Shown here in pieces: positions 27,662-37,159 of a DNA stretch of 64,000 bases. This DNA is from an uncultured Clostridia bacterium. Lineage in GTDB: Bacteria > Bacillota > Clostridia > Christensenellales > DTU072. The notes under the pieces were generated by a model. It worked only from the letters and a program-made list of their open reading frames with translations, did no database searches and was not told where the DNA came from. Made by a program: the position numbers and the translations under genes. The stretch lies in the NCBI GenBank assembly GCA_944372665.1, contig CALVZV010000001.1:4714-68713 (forward strand), given 5' to 3'. How positions within the stretch are numbered: the first letter of the stretch is position 1; every line of letters starts with the position of its first letter.

Positions 27662-28494
27662 GGATACATTGGTTTCCCGGGCACATGGCAAAAGCCGTCA
27701 GGATGATGCGCGACGAAGCCAAGAACGTCGATTCCGTCGTTTACGTACTCGACGCGCGCGCTCCCGCATCCTGCCTCAACGACGCGTTCGAACCCGTCAT
27801 CGGCTCAAAAACCAGGCTTTATGTACTCAATAAAGCTGATCTGGTAGCCCGAAACGAGGTTATAAAATGGACGGAGCATTTTAAAAAGCAGGGAATGGAG
27901 TGTATTTATACCGATTCGCTGTCTAAAAAAGACGCACCCGCGATCATAAAGAATCTGATGAAGATCAATGCCGGGATCGTCGAAAGATACAAGGCGAAAG
28001 GCGTCAGCAAAACCGTTCGTGCCATGGTTATCGGCGTACCAAATTCGGGCAAATCCACGCTTATAAATTCGCTGTCTCCCGTAAAGCGCGCCGTGACGGG
28101 CAACCGTCCGGGAGTAACGCGCGGAAAGCAGTGGATAAGCGTCGGGAACGGCGTCGAACTGCTTGACAGCCCGGGGGTGCTGTATCCCGATTTCTCGGAT
28201 GCGGAAAAAGCCGTGAAACTCGCGCTGATCGGTTCGGTACGCGACGAGGTTGCGGACGTTACCGAGCTTGCCAAAGAAGGTTACGCTATTTTCAGCGGTT
28301 TGTTTCCGGAGGCGCTGGAAAAGCGCTACGGGGCGCAGCTTCCGTCCGATCCCGACGCGGCGCTGGAAGCGATTGCCGTGCGGCGTTCCCTGATACTGAG
28401 GGGCGGAGTGCCCGACGTCGAACGTGCCGCCGCCGTGCTGGTGAGCGATTACCGCAAGGGATTTTTGGGCAATTTGCCTTTGGACAGACTATGA
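27658..28494 (+). CDS. rbgA: Ribosome biogenesis GTPase A (YlqF/RbgA)
   Basis: 278 aa. IHWFPGHMAKA, circularly permuted GTPase motifs LNKADL and GVPNSGKST. Confidence 0.9.
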   Translation: MRIHWFPGHMAKAVRMMRDEAKNVDSVVYVLDARAPASCLNDAFEPVIGSKTRLYVLNKADLVARNEVIKWTEHFKKQGMECIYTDSLSKKDAPAIIKNLMKINAGIVERYKAKGVSKTVRAMVIGVPNSGKSTLINSLSPVKRAVTGNRPGVTRGKQWISVGNGVELLDSPGVLYPDFSDAEKAVKLALIGSVRDEVADVTELAKEGYAIFSGLFPEALEKRYGAQLPSDPDAALEAIAVRRSLILRGGVPDVERAAAVLVSDYRKGFLGNLPLDRL

Positions 28495-29114
28495 AAAAAA
28501 GCGTTGCCGATCTGTTCCGTTACGAAACGGAGCTTTTGAAAAAGGGATACAGATTCGTGGTCGGCGTGGACGAGGCGGGCAGGGGACCTTTGGCGGGACC
28601 GGTAGCCGCTGCGGCGTGTATGCCCGATCTTTCGCGTCCCATAGAAGGCGTGAACGACTCCAAACAGCTTACGCCGAAAAAAAGGAAAGAGCTTTACGAG
28701 CGCATAGTTTCCGAAGCCGTTTCTTACAAGGTGGCGACCGTTTCCAACCGCGTGATCGACGAAATAAACATTCTGGAGGCGACCAAGAATGCGATGACCG
28801 AAGCCGTGGAGAGTCTGTTCCCGCTGCCGGATTACGTGCTGCTGGACGCGGTAAAGCTGAAACTGCCTTATCCGTCTTTAGCCGTGATTCACGGTGACGC
28901 ACTTAGCTATTCGATAGCCGCGGCAAGCATTCTCGCCAAGGTGGAAAGGGACGAAGCGATGATAAAATATGCCGAAATATACCCCGAATACGGTTTCGAA
29001 TCGCATAAAGGCTACGGCTCCGTTCACCATATCGAAATGATAAAAAAATACGGTCCCTGTCCGATACACAGGTTAAGTTTTTTGAAAAACATTCTGGGAG
29101 AAAACGATGTATAA
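28491..29114 (+). CDS. rnhB: Ribonuclease HII
   Basis: 207 aa. GVDEAGRGPLAGPV catalytic motif, DSKQL, HKGYGS. Confidence 0.93.
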   Translation: MKKSVADLFRYETELLKKGYRFVVGVDEAGRGPLAGPVAAAACMPDLSRPIEGVNDSKQLTPKKRKELYERIVSEAVSYKVATVSNRVIDEINILEATKNAMTEAVESLFPLPDYVLLDAVKLKLPYPSLAVIHGDALSYSIAAASILAKVERDEAMIKYAEIYPEYGFESHKGYGSVHHIEMIKKYGPCPIHRLSFLKNILGENDV

Positions 29115-29463
29115 CGCTTCGGACGCGGTCAAGGCAGAATATCTTGCCGGAGAGTATCTGAAAGGGCTGGGCTATTGCATAATCGATAAAAACGTCTCCT
29201 TTCCCGGACGCGGAGAGATAGACATTGTGGCGTCGGACGGCGGCGTCACCGTTTTTGTCGAAGTAAAATACCGTTCTACCCCCGAAATGGGCGACGCCGC
29301 GGAAGCCGTGGACGCGGCAAAACGCAGAAAGCTCCTAAAAGCAGCCGAGGCGTATATCGATCGCAGGGGGCTGTACGATACCGATGTGCGTTTCGACGTC
29401 GTGGCGGTCAGAGACGGTGCGATCGAGCACATAAAGAACGCTTTTTACGGGTACTGGAACTGA
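29107..29463 (+). CDS. yraN: YraN-family (UPF0102) endonuclease-like protein
   Basis: 118 aa. GEIDIVA...FVEVKYR matches the YraN core. Lies downstream of rnhB, as in many bacteria. Confidence 0.85.
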   Translation: MYNASDAVKAEYLAGEYLKGLGYCIIDKNVSFPGRGEIDIVASDGGVTVFVEVKYRSTPEMGDAAEAVDAAKRRKLLKAAEAYIDRRGLYDTDVRFDVVAVRDGAIEHIKNAFYGYWN

Positions 29464-29528
29464 GGGCGCCGCCGTTTTCCGTCACATAGACTGCATATAA
29501 AATTTAAATATATATTTAATAAAAACGC

Positions 29529-29557
29529 TTGCACTGCAGGCGCCTTTTTGTTATTAT
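29529..29557 (+). promoter_or_regulatory. Sigma-A-type promoter of rplS
   Basis: TTGCAC (29529-29534), 17 nt, TATTAT (29552-29557). About 70 nt of 5' UTR precedes the AGGAGG SD. Confidence 0.55.
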
Positions 29558-29634
29558 ATTTAAGACTTTGCGACGGACCTATGTCGGATAAAATCCCAAG
29601 CCGATACGTACGCCGTTTACAGGAGGTATAAGTC

Positions 29635-29979
29635 ATGAACATTATCGACACAATCGAACAAGAAGGTCTCAGAAAAGATCTGCCAGCTTTCAACATCGGC
29701 GACAACGTAAAAGTGTACGTCAAGGTCGTCGAAGGCACCCGCGAAAGATTACAGGCTTTCGAAGGCACGGTCATCGCCAGGAAAAACGGCGGCATCCGCG
29801 AAACCTTTACGGTCCGTCGTCTGTCGTTCGGCGTAGGCGTAGAGAGAACTTTCCCTCTGCATTCCCCCAAGATCGACCGTATAGAGATCACCCGCAAGGG
29901 CAAAGTAAGACGCGCGAAGCTGTACTATCTGAGAGGCCGCACCGGCAAAGCCGCCAAGGTCAAACAGGCAGGGAAATAA
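29635..29979 (+). CDS. rplS: 50S ribosomal protein L19
   Basis: [34 protein letters not shown]...; 114 aa. Confidence 0.96.
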   Translation: MNIIDTIEQEGLRKDLPAFNIGDNVKVYVKVVEGTRERLQAFEGTVIARKNGGIRETFTVRRLSFGVGVERTFPLHSPKIDRIEITRKGKVRRAKLYYLRGRTGKAAKVKQAGK

Positions 29980-29995
29980 TACTTTTACCTTCTAC

Positions 29996-30021
29996 GGCGC
30001 GCCGCGGTATGCGCGGCGCGC
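29996..30021 (+). terminator. GC-rich hairpin after rplS (possible terminator; lacks U-tract)
   Basis: GCGCGCCGC / GCGGCGCGC 9-bp stem around loop ggtatgc. The downstream sequence is not T-rich. Confidence 0.35.
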
Positions 30022-30050
30022 GACCATCAACCTCTGATTAAGGAGCCGGA

Positions 30051-32348
30051 ATGAAAAAGAAATTGTTTATTTTGGCATTGGCTGCCGCAGTCGCGGTTTT
30101 CGTTCTGACGGGCTGTACCGGCAGATTCGAGAATAATCCCGATACGCAGATACTGAATTTCTCCACCGAGACTGGCGACTTCTATTACGGGAGCAGCGAG
30201 GCTCTTGCGGCGGAATGGGAGCTGACGGCGGGCAACGGTGCTCCCACCACGGCTGTTTTCAGCACCAACGCCGACGGACTCAGGATCAATACCCAGAATT
30301 GCGGCTGGGCGACGGCGTCCCAGACGGTATACCTGAAGGCCGACACCGACTACAGGATCACATATACTTACGACGTCGATTCTATTTCGGATTATGACGA
30401 AAAAGCCGGCTATACCGGATTTTATATCGGATTTTCGGAAGATCCCGCGTTCAATATAGGTTCAGTCGAAAATTCAGTGCACGACGTCGCCACGTCCAAG
30501 GCGATGACGGACACCTTCTATTTCCGCACCGACAGCACCAGGGGCGAATTCAATCTTGCAATTATAGTGGGCAGCGAATCCGATCCCGTCAGCGCGGTGG
30601 TCACCGTCAACGACCTCAGGCTCGAAAAGGTGGGCGCAGACGTTTCCGAAGAAACGATGGCGACCTACGGATATTACAAACTGAATAACGCCATCTACGG
30701 CTTCGCGTCGGAATCCAACGTCGTTTACGTGGTGCTCGGCGGCGTAGCCACGCTGCTGCTGGCGTACGCCTGCTATATGATCCGTTCGCGTTCGATGGCC
30801 TTCGAAAAAGTCGCTACCGAAAACAGATTTTTCGAAAAACTGCGTTCGACCAAGTGGGCAGGGCTGCTCCTTACGCTGGGCATAGCCGGGCTGGTCAGAG
30901 TGGCTGTTACTCTGATAGAAACCGCGATAATGGGTTCGGACAACGTGCTGACCGCACATTTCGGATACGACCTGACGCGCAACGCGTATATGGGCACGCA
31001 GGTGGCGACCCACGGCACGGTGTACCTGTTCGAGTATTACTATACCGCATATTCGGTGATGCTGCCCGTGCAGATGTACCTCAACGCGTTCGCCGGACTT
31101 ATCGGCAGGGGACTGGTTGCCATAGGTATGTCGGAAGCCGATCTGCAGCTTGCCGTCACAGCGGTGATAAAGCTTATCGCCGTAGCTGCCGACCTTGCCA
31201 CTGTTGCATTGATCTATAAGATAATCGCCAAGCGTTACGACAGGGTGTCGGCAACGGTCATGGCGTCGTTTTATTCTCTCGTTCCGATCACTTTCTCGAT
31301 GTCGGCGGCGTGGGGCTCTTACGAAAGCGTTGCCGTTATGTTTATCGTGCTCGCTTTCTATTTCCTGCTTAACAAGGCCGGTTATCTCGGAATGGCGGTA
31401 TCGTATTTCTTTGCGGCGATGACTTCGGTGTCCGCGCTGTACGTAGTGCCCGCCGTGCTGTTCTATACCGCATACGTCGTTTACAGAGGTATCCGCGAAA
31501 AGAACGCGCTCAAGATAGCCGTTCCGTTCGTGTCGATGGTGGGAGGACTGATACTGTTCTATCTGATCTCGCTGCCGTTCGTGTTCAATCAGGTTTCCGC
31601 CGGTGACGCGTTCAACGCTTTCGACAGGTATATAGCAACGGTCAAGGGCGCTAACGTATACACCGCCAACGCCTTTAACTTCCAGGGACTTCTCGGCAAC
31701 AACTTCGAAGCGGTGGGACTCCAGTCCGAGTTCGTCACGATACTCTATATCGCTTTCGTCGTCGCGCTGCTGGGCGTCGCGTATTTCAAAAACCGCAACA
31801 GGATCCATCTTACCCTCGTAGCGGCGTCCGGAGTCATAGCGCTGTGGACTTTCGCCAACAACATGACGCCCGACGCGCTCTACGTCGCGCTGCCGCTGCT
31901 GTTCATAACCGCAGCGATATTGAAAGACGTCAGGCTTTACGTGGCGTTCACCGCCTATGCGGCGTTCAACTTCGTCAACGTCTCGTACGTGTATCTGATC
32001 GCCGGCTATGACGACGCGGGCGTACTTGCGGTCTCATACGAAACGACCGCCGTGACGTATGTGTTCGGAGCGCTCAGTCTGATCGCCGTCATATATTATG
32101 TGATAGTCGCTTACGACGTCCTGATAAACAACCGCGTCAGCGAGCAAAAGCCCATGAATCTTACCTACGGCGAACACTTGGCGAATACCTTCAAAAAGAT
32201 ATCGAACGCGTTCGGCGCGGTGGGCGGCAAGACCAAAGCCTTGATTTCCGCTACGGGCGAAGCGATAAAAGAGGTCCGCGAAGAGCGTAAAGCGAAAAAG
32301 GACAATTCCTCACCGGACAAACCCGACGAAGAGGATCAGGAAAGATAA
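30051..32348 (+). CDS. Large membrane protein with a lipobox signal, an extracytoplasmic jelly-roll/CBM-like domain, a polytopic GT-C-like (Gpi18/PMT-like) glycosyltransferase body, and a Lys/Glu-rich tail
   Basis: 765 aa. MKKKLFILALAAAVAVFVLTGC lipobox, then a ~200-aa soluble beta-rich region. At least 12 hydrophobic helices follow, with an AADLATVALIYKI-type segment typical of GT-C mannosyltransferase-like proteins. AAGGAG SD. Confidence 0.72.
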   Translation: MKKKLFILALAAAVAVFVLTGCTGRFENNPDTQILNFSTETGDFYYGSSEALAAEWELTAGNGAPTTAVFSTNADGLRINTQNCGWATASQTVYLKADTDYRITYTYDVDSISDYDEKAGYTGFYIGFSEDPAFNIGSVENSVHDVATSKAMTDTFYFRTDSTRGEFNLAIIVGSESDPVSAVVTVNDLRLEKVGADVSEETMATYGYYKLNNAIYGFASESNVVYVVLGGVATLLLAYACYMIRSRSMAFEKVATENRFFEKLRSTKWAGLLLTLGIAGLVRVAVTLIETAIMGSDNVLTAHFGYDLTRNAYMGTQVATHGTVYLFEYYYTAYSVMLPVQMYLNAFAGLIGRGLVAIGMSEADLQLAVTAVIKLIAVAADLATVALIYKIIAKRYDRVSATVMASFYSLVPITFSMSAAWGSYESVAVMFIVLAFYFLLNKAGYLGMAVSYFFAAMTSVSALYVVPAVLFYTAYVVYRGIREKNALKIAVPFVSMVGGLILFYLISLPFVFNQVSAGDAFNAFDRYIATVKGANVYTANAFNFQGLLGNNFEAVGLQSEFVTILYIAFVVALLGVAYFKNRNRIHLTLVAASGVIALWTFANNMTPDALYVALPLLFITAAILKDVRLYVAFTAYAAFNFVNVSYVYLIAGYDDAGVLAVSYETTAVTYVFGALSLIAVIYYVIVAYDVLINNRVSEQKPMNLTYGEHLANTFKKISNAFGAVGGKTKALISATGEAIKEVREERKAKKDNSSPDKPDEEDQER

Positions 32349-32356
32349 ACGCGCAG

Positions 32357-32380
32357 ACGGAGCCAAAAAGGCTCCCGTTT
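32357..32380 (+). terminator. Possible weak terminator after the GT-C-like gene
   Basis: GGAGCC-aaaaa-GGCTCC stem (32359-32375), extended by a bulged A-C/G-T pair, then TTTGCT. Confidence 0.35.
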
Positions 32381-32399
32381 GCTAATTGGGAGAGAAGCT

Positions 32400-33935
32400 A
32401 TGATTGCCACCGTGAAAAGCTACGCGCTGGACGGGCTGAAAGGTTATCCCGTAGACGTCGAAGTGGATACCCAGAAAGGGATCGCGTCCTTTGACGTCGT
32501 AGGATTGCCGTCGGGCGCCGTAAAGGAAGCCAGGAACCGCGTGCGTTCGGCCATCAGAAATTCTTTCTTCGATTTCACCGCCAGACGCACCACCGTCAAT
32601 ATGGCGCCGGCGGACGTCAGAAAGGAAGGTTCGGCTTTCGACTTTCCCATAGCCGTAGGCTTTCTGGCAAGCACCGAGCAGATATCCTCGGCACGGCTTA
32701 ACGAATTCGTGATGCTGGGCGAGCTGTCGCTGGACGGCAGTCTCAGGAAGATAAACGGAGTGCTGCCGATACTGATATCGGCGGTGCAGGCAGGGTACAA
32801 AAAGTTCATGATACCCGCCGAGAACGCAACCGAAGCCGCTTTCGTTACGGAAGCCGAGGTGTATGCGGTCAGAAACCTCTCGGATGCCGCCGCGTTTTTG
32901 GGTAACATCGTTCAGATCGCGCCCGTGGAGCACAGGATATATTCCGCCTCCGGGCAGAACGCATACGGCGCAGACCTTAAATACGTAAAAGGTCAGGTCG
33001 TCGCCAAACGCGCTTTGGAAATAGCAGTGGCTGGCGGACATAACCTGATATTATGCGGACAGGCGGGCGCGGGAAAGACCATGCTGGCAAAGTGTATTCC
33101 CTCCATAATGCCGGATATGACGTTCGAGGAGGCCGTCGAAACCACCAAAATTCACAGTGTGGCAGGCATACTCGACCCCGCCGAGGGAATGATAAAAACC
33201 AGACCTTTCCGCACGCCGCACCATACCGCCAGCCTGTTCAGTCTGATAGGCGGCGGCAGCAAAAGCACGGCGGGGGAAGTCAGTCTGGCACATAACGGGG
33301 TACTGTTCCTGGACGAGATGCCGGAATACAACAAGCGCACCCTCGAAACCCTGAGACAGCCTCTGGAGGACGGCGTGGTGACTGTCACGCGCGTCGCGCG
33401 TTCAATAGAATATCCCGCGCGCTTTATGCTGGTGGCGAGCATGAACCCTTGTCCGTGCGGCAATTACGGTTCGTCCGATCCTAACAAGCGCTGTACGTGT
33501 ACGTATAACGAAAGAAAACGCTATATCGGCAGGATCTCCGGTCCGCTGCTGGACAGGATAGACCTGTTCGTGACGGTGGACGGCGTTGAGTACGACGAGT
33601 TGAGAAATCCGCAGCACGAGGAATCCAGTGCCGAGGTCAGAGTCCGCGTCGCAGCGGCAAGAGACGTTCAAAGGCGACGCTTTGCCGCCGACGGGATACA
33701 TACCAACGCCGAAATGACGAACGCGCAGATAGAAAAATACTGCCGTCTGGACGCCGCTTCGGAGAAATTGCTGGCGGCGGCATACTCTAAATTCGGATTG
33801 AGCGCGAGGGGAGTAACGCGGCTTTTGAAGGTAGCAAGGACTATCGCAGACCTTCAATGCCGCCGCGACATCGCCGCTTCCGACGTCGCCGAGGCGGTGC
33901 AGTACAAAGCCAAGGAGAGATTTTACGATGAATAG
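32400..33935 (+). CDS. comM: YifB/ComM-family Mg-chelatase-like AAA+ ATPase
   Basis: Start moved to the ATG at 32400 (MIATVKSYAL...) downstream of a GGGAGAG SD. Lon-protease-like N-domain, GQAGAGKTM Walker A, LFLDEMPE Walker B. Confidence 0.9.
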   Translation: MIATVKSYALDGLKGYPVDVEVDTQKGIASFDVVGLPSGAVKEARNRVRSAIRNSFFDFTARRTTVNMAPADVRKEGSAFDFPIAVGFLASTEQISSARLNEFVMLGELSLDGSLRKINGVLPILISAVQAGYKKFMIPAENATEAAFVTEAEVYAVRNLSDAAAFLGNIVQIAPVEHRIYSASGQNAYGADLKYVKGQVVAKRALEIAVAGGHNLILCGQAGAGKTMLAKCIPSIMPDMTFEEAVETTKIHSVAGILDPAEGMIKTRPFRTPHHTASLFSLIGGGSKSTAGEVSLAHNGVLFLDEMPEYNKRTLETLRQPLEDGVVTVTRVARSIEYPARFMLVASMNPCPCGNYGSSDPNKRCTCTYNERKRYIGRISGPLLDRIDLFVTVDGVEYDELRNPQHEESSAEVRVRVAAARDVQRRRFAADGIHTNAEMTNAQIEKYCRLDAASEKLLAAAYSKFGLSARGVTRLLKVARTIADLQCRRDIAASDVAEAVQYKAKERFYDE

Positions 33936-35028
33936 CTCCGACGCTTTCATAAAAGCCGTTATATGGCTTCAGACCGCAGCGGGGTTGGGGTCCGGAACGC
34001 TGAACAGGATACTGACGTTAAGCCGAAGCGCCGTGGAAAGGATACCCTCGGATCCTGCCGGCAGCTATGCAGTGGTAAAAAGCGCGGCGGGAGAACGCAC
34101 GGCACAGAAAGTATCCGCCGCCCCTACGGATGACGACACGTACCGCAGGGCGCTCAACATTATCGCGGTGAAGGATATAAAGGTCGTATGCCGCGGCGAC
34201 GCGGATTATCCCGAGGCGCTGGAGCATATCGACAATCCTCCGCCGGTACTGTACACGATAGGCGACAAGAGTCTAATGAAAAGCCGCTGCATAGCCGTCG
34301 TCGGCAGCAGAAGCCCGACCAGACAGGGCGAAAAGGCGGCGCATTCGTTCAGCGAGGTGCTGGCAAAATGTTCGCTGACGATAGTTTCGGGTCTGGCAAG
34401 AGGCATCGACGCCGCGGCGCACCGCGCCGCGCTGGAAGCGGGCGGAAAAACGATAGCCGTCCTGGCTACGGGAGTCGACAGAGTGTATCCCGCCGAAAAC
34501 CGCGCACTGTACGAGGAAGTAGCCGCAAAAGGGCTGCTGGTCAGCGAATATCCTCCGGGAACGGATGCCAAAGCGTATCGTTTTCCCGAACGCAACCGCA
34601 TTGTCAGCGGTATATCCGAAGCGGTGCTGATCCCCGAAGCGCGCGAAAAAAGCGGTGCGCTGATAACGGCGGACTGCGCGATAAAACAGGGAAAGGAACT
34701 ATTCGTCGTGCCCAGCGCCGTATATTCCGAACACGGCAGGGGCAGCAACAGACTGCTTAAGGAACTGCAGGGAGCCATGGTGCTGTCGCCGGACGATATA
34801 TTAGAAAGTCTGGGACTGTATTCGGCGCCTGCCGAAGCCGCCAGCGTCATGGAACTGGACGTGGACGAAGAAAAGATTATGATTAGGCTCGGACTTGGCA
34901 ACGCTCATTTCGAGGAGCTTTTGGCTCTTACCGGGCTTAAAGTCAGCGAACTGAACGCACTGCTTACCGGCATGGAAATAAAAGGGCTGATATACAAAGC
35001 CGAAAACAACTGTTACGGAGTGTATTAA
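33928..35028 (+). CDS. dprA: DNA-processing protein DprA (Smf)
   Basis: 366 aa. IAVVGSRSPT...SGLARGIDAAAHRAAL...GALITA Rossmann-like DprA core. Confidence 0.9.
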   Translation: MNSSDAFIKAVIWLQTAAGLGSGTLNRILTLSRSAVERIPSDPAGSYAVVKSAAGERTAQKVSAAPTDDDTYRRALNIIAVKDIKVVCRGDADYPEALEHIDNPPPVLYTIGDKSLMKSRCIAVVGSRSPTRQGEKAAHSFSEVLAKCSLTIVSGLARGIDAAAHRAALEAGGKTIAVLATGVDRVYPAENRALYEEVAAKGLLVSEYPPGTDAKAYRFPERNRIVSGISEAVLIPEAREKSGALITADCAIKQGKELFVVPSAVYSEHGRGSNRLLKELQGAMVLSPDDILESLGLYSAPAEAASVMELDVDEEKIMIRLGLGNAHFEELLALTGLKVSELNALLTGMEIKGLIYKAENNCYGVY

Positions 35029-37158
35029 ATGAAGTTAGTGATAGTGGAATCGCCTTCCAAGGCAAAGACAATCCAGAAATATCTGGGGCGCGACTTCAGG
35101 GTAATGGCGTCGGGCGGTCACATCTGCGACCTGCCCACAAAAACCCTCGGGATAGACATCCAGGACCGTTTCAAGCCCGAATACGTCGTAGCCGACCAGA
35201 AAAAGAAGGATCTGATAAAAAGACTTGCCAGGGAAGTCAAAGATTCGGAATGCACGTATCTTGCCACCGACCCCGACCGCGAAGGCGAAGCCATAAGCTG
35301 GCACCTTGCCACGTATCTGGGGCTGCTGGGCAGACAGAACCGCATAGAATTCAACGAAATAACTTCCAGAGCCGTCAACCGCGCTATTGAGAATCCGCGC
35401 GAGATCAACATGAATCTGGTCAACGCGCAGCAGGCGCGCCGCGTGCTGGACAGGCTTGTGGGGTACAAGGTCAGTCCCATTCTGTCGCGTAAAATAAAAA
35501 GCGGTCTGTCAGGCGGCAGAGTGCAGTCCGCCGCATTGAAAATGATAGTCGACCGTGAGCGCGAGATCAACGCTTTCGTACCCAAGGAATACTGGGTGAT
35601 CACGGCGATGCTGTTAAAAGACGGTACGCGTTCGCCGGTATTCAAAGCGCTGCTGAACGACGAAAAAGGCGTCAGGATAAAACCCGAGAACAAGGAACAG
35701 GCGGACGCGATACTGAGCAATCTCGACGTTTCCGAATGGAGCGTCGATACGGTGAAGCGCAGCGTGTCAAGATCTCACCCCGCCGCGCCGTTCACCACGT
35801 CCACGCTGCAGCAGGACGGTTCCCAGAAACTCGGTATCAGCGCGCCGCAGATAATGCAGATAGCCCAGGCGCTGTACGAAGGCGTCGACATCCCCGGCGA
35901 AGGGCAGACGGCATTGGTCACCTATATCAGGACGGATTCGGTCAGGATATCTGCGGAAATGCAGGCTAAGACCAGAGAATTCATCTCGGACGTTTACGGC
36001 AGGGAGTACGTGCCCGAAAAACCAAATTTTTACGCGTCCAAAGGACAGAACGTGCAGGACGCGCACGAAGCCATACGTCCCGTCAATCTCAACAGAACGC
36101 CGGAAAGTTTAAAGGACAAGCTGCCCAGGAACCATTACAGGCTGTATAAACTGATATACGACCGTTACCTTGCCAGCCAGATGACGGACGCCGTATACAA
36201 TACGATGACGGTCAGGGTAAAAGCCGTTTCCGACGCGACCGAGTACGGCTTCAAGGTCAGCGGCAGGGCGCTGGTGTTCAACGGTTTCACCGCGGTCTAC
36301 GAGGCGGAGAAAAAAGAGGAGGACGAGTCTGTCGTCAGCGACGTGCTGCCGAATCTTGCCGAGGGTGAAAAACTCGTTCCCAAAGAAATAAAAAGCGAGC
36401 AGAAATTCACAAAGCCGCTGCCCAGATACTCCGAGGCCACGTTGATAAAAGCCATGGAAGAAAACGGTATCGGACGTCCTTCCACTTACGCCACCGTGAT
36501 CTCGGTACTTACCAAACGCGAATACGTCGTTAAAGAGCAAAAGCTTTTCAAACCCACTCAGCTGGGTGAGCAGGTGACCGAGTTTATGGAAAACTGCTTT
36601 AAAAACATCGTGGATATCCACTTTACGGCGGACATGGAAACCAAGCTTGACAGGATAGAGCACGGCGACGAAGCGTGGCAGAAGACCATAGAGGACTTCT
36701 ATCCCGGCTTCGAAGAGGAACTGCGCCGCGCCAGCGTCAACGGCGTAAAAAAACCGGGCGCGGACGAAGTCAGCGACGTTATCTGTGAAAAGTGCGGCGC
36801 GAAAATGGTGATAAAGGAAAGCAAGTACGGCAAATTCCTCGCTTGTCCCAATTATCCCAAGTGCAAGAACATCAAGAATCTGGACGAACCCGTGAGCGTC
36901 TGCCCGATATGCGGCGCGCCGGTGTATAAGCGCCGTTCCAAGGCGGGCAAAGTGTTCTACGGCTGTTCCAATTATCCGACGTGCAAGTTCATGAGCTGGG
37001 ATATTCCCGCGCCCGTGCTGTGCCCCGACTGCGGACACGACATGCGCGTAGTCAGGGAGGACGGCGCGGTCAGATACGTGTGCAACGACCGCAGATGCGA
37101 GAAAACCGTCATACCTTCCGCGGAAGAAGCCGCCAAATTCGCCGGCGACGACAAGTAA
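35029..37158 (+). CDS. topA: DNA topoisomerase I
   Basis: 709 aa. MKLVIVESPSKAKTIQKYLG Toprim N-terminus, active-site region LYEG...YIRTDS, and three C-terminal CxxC...CxxC zinc ribbons. Confidence 0.96.
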   Translation: MKLVIVESPSKAKTIQKYLGRDFRVMASGGHICDLPTKTLGIDIQDRFKPEYVVADQKKKDLIKRLAREVKDSECTYLATDPDREGEAISWHLATYLGLLGRQNRIEFNEITSRAVNRAIENPREINMNLVNAQQARRVLDRLVGYKVSPILSRKIKSGLSGGRVQSAALKMIVDREREINAFVPKEYWVITAMLLKDGTRSPVFKALLNDEKGVRIKPENKEQADAILSNLDVSEWSVDTVKRSVSRSHPAAPFTTSTLQQDGSQKLGISAPQIMQIAQALYEGVDIPGEGQTALVTYIRTDSVRISAEMQAKTREFISDVYGREYVPEKPNFYASKGQNVQDAHEAIRPVNLNRTPESLKDKLPRNHYRLYKLIYDRYLASQMTDAVYNTMTVRVKAVSDATEYGFKVSGRALVFNGFTAVYEAEKKEEDESVVSDVLPNLAEGEKLVPKEIKSEQKFTKPLPRYSEATLIKAMEENGIGRPSTYATVISVLTKREYVVKEQKLFKPTQLGEQVTEFMENCFKNIVDIHFTADMETKLDRIEHGDEAWQKTIEDFYPGFEEELRRASVNGVKKPGADEVSDVICEKCGAKMVIKESKYGKFLACPNYPKCKNIKNLDEPVSVCPICGAPVYKRRSKAGKVFYGCSNYPTCKFMSWDIPAPVLCPDCGHDMRVVREDGAVRYVCNDRRCEKTVIPSAEEAAKFAGDDK

Positions 37159-37159
37159 C

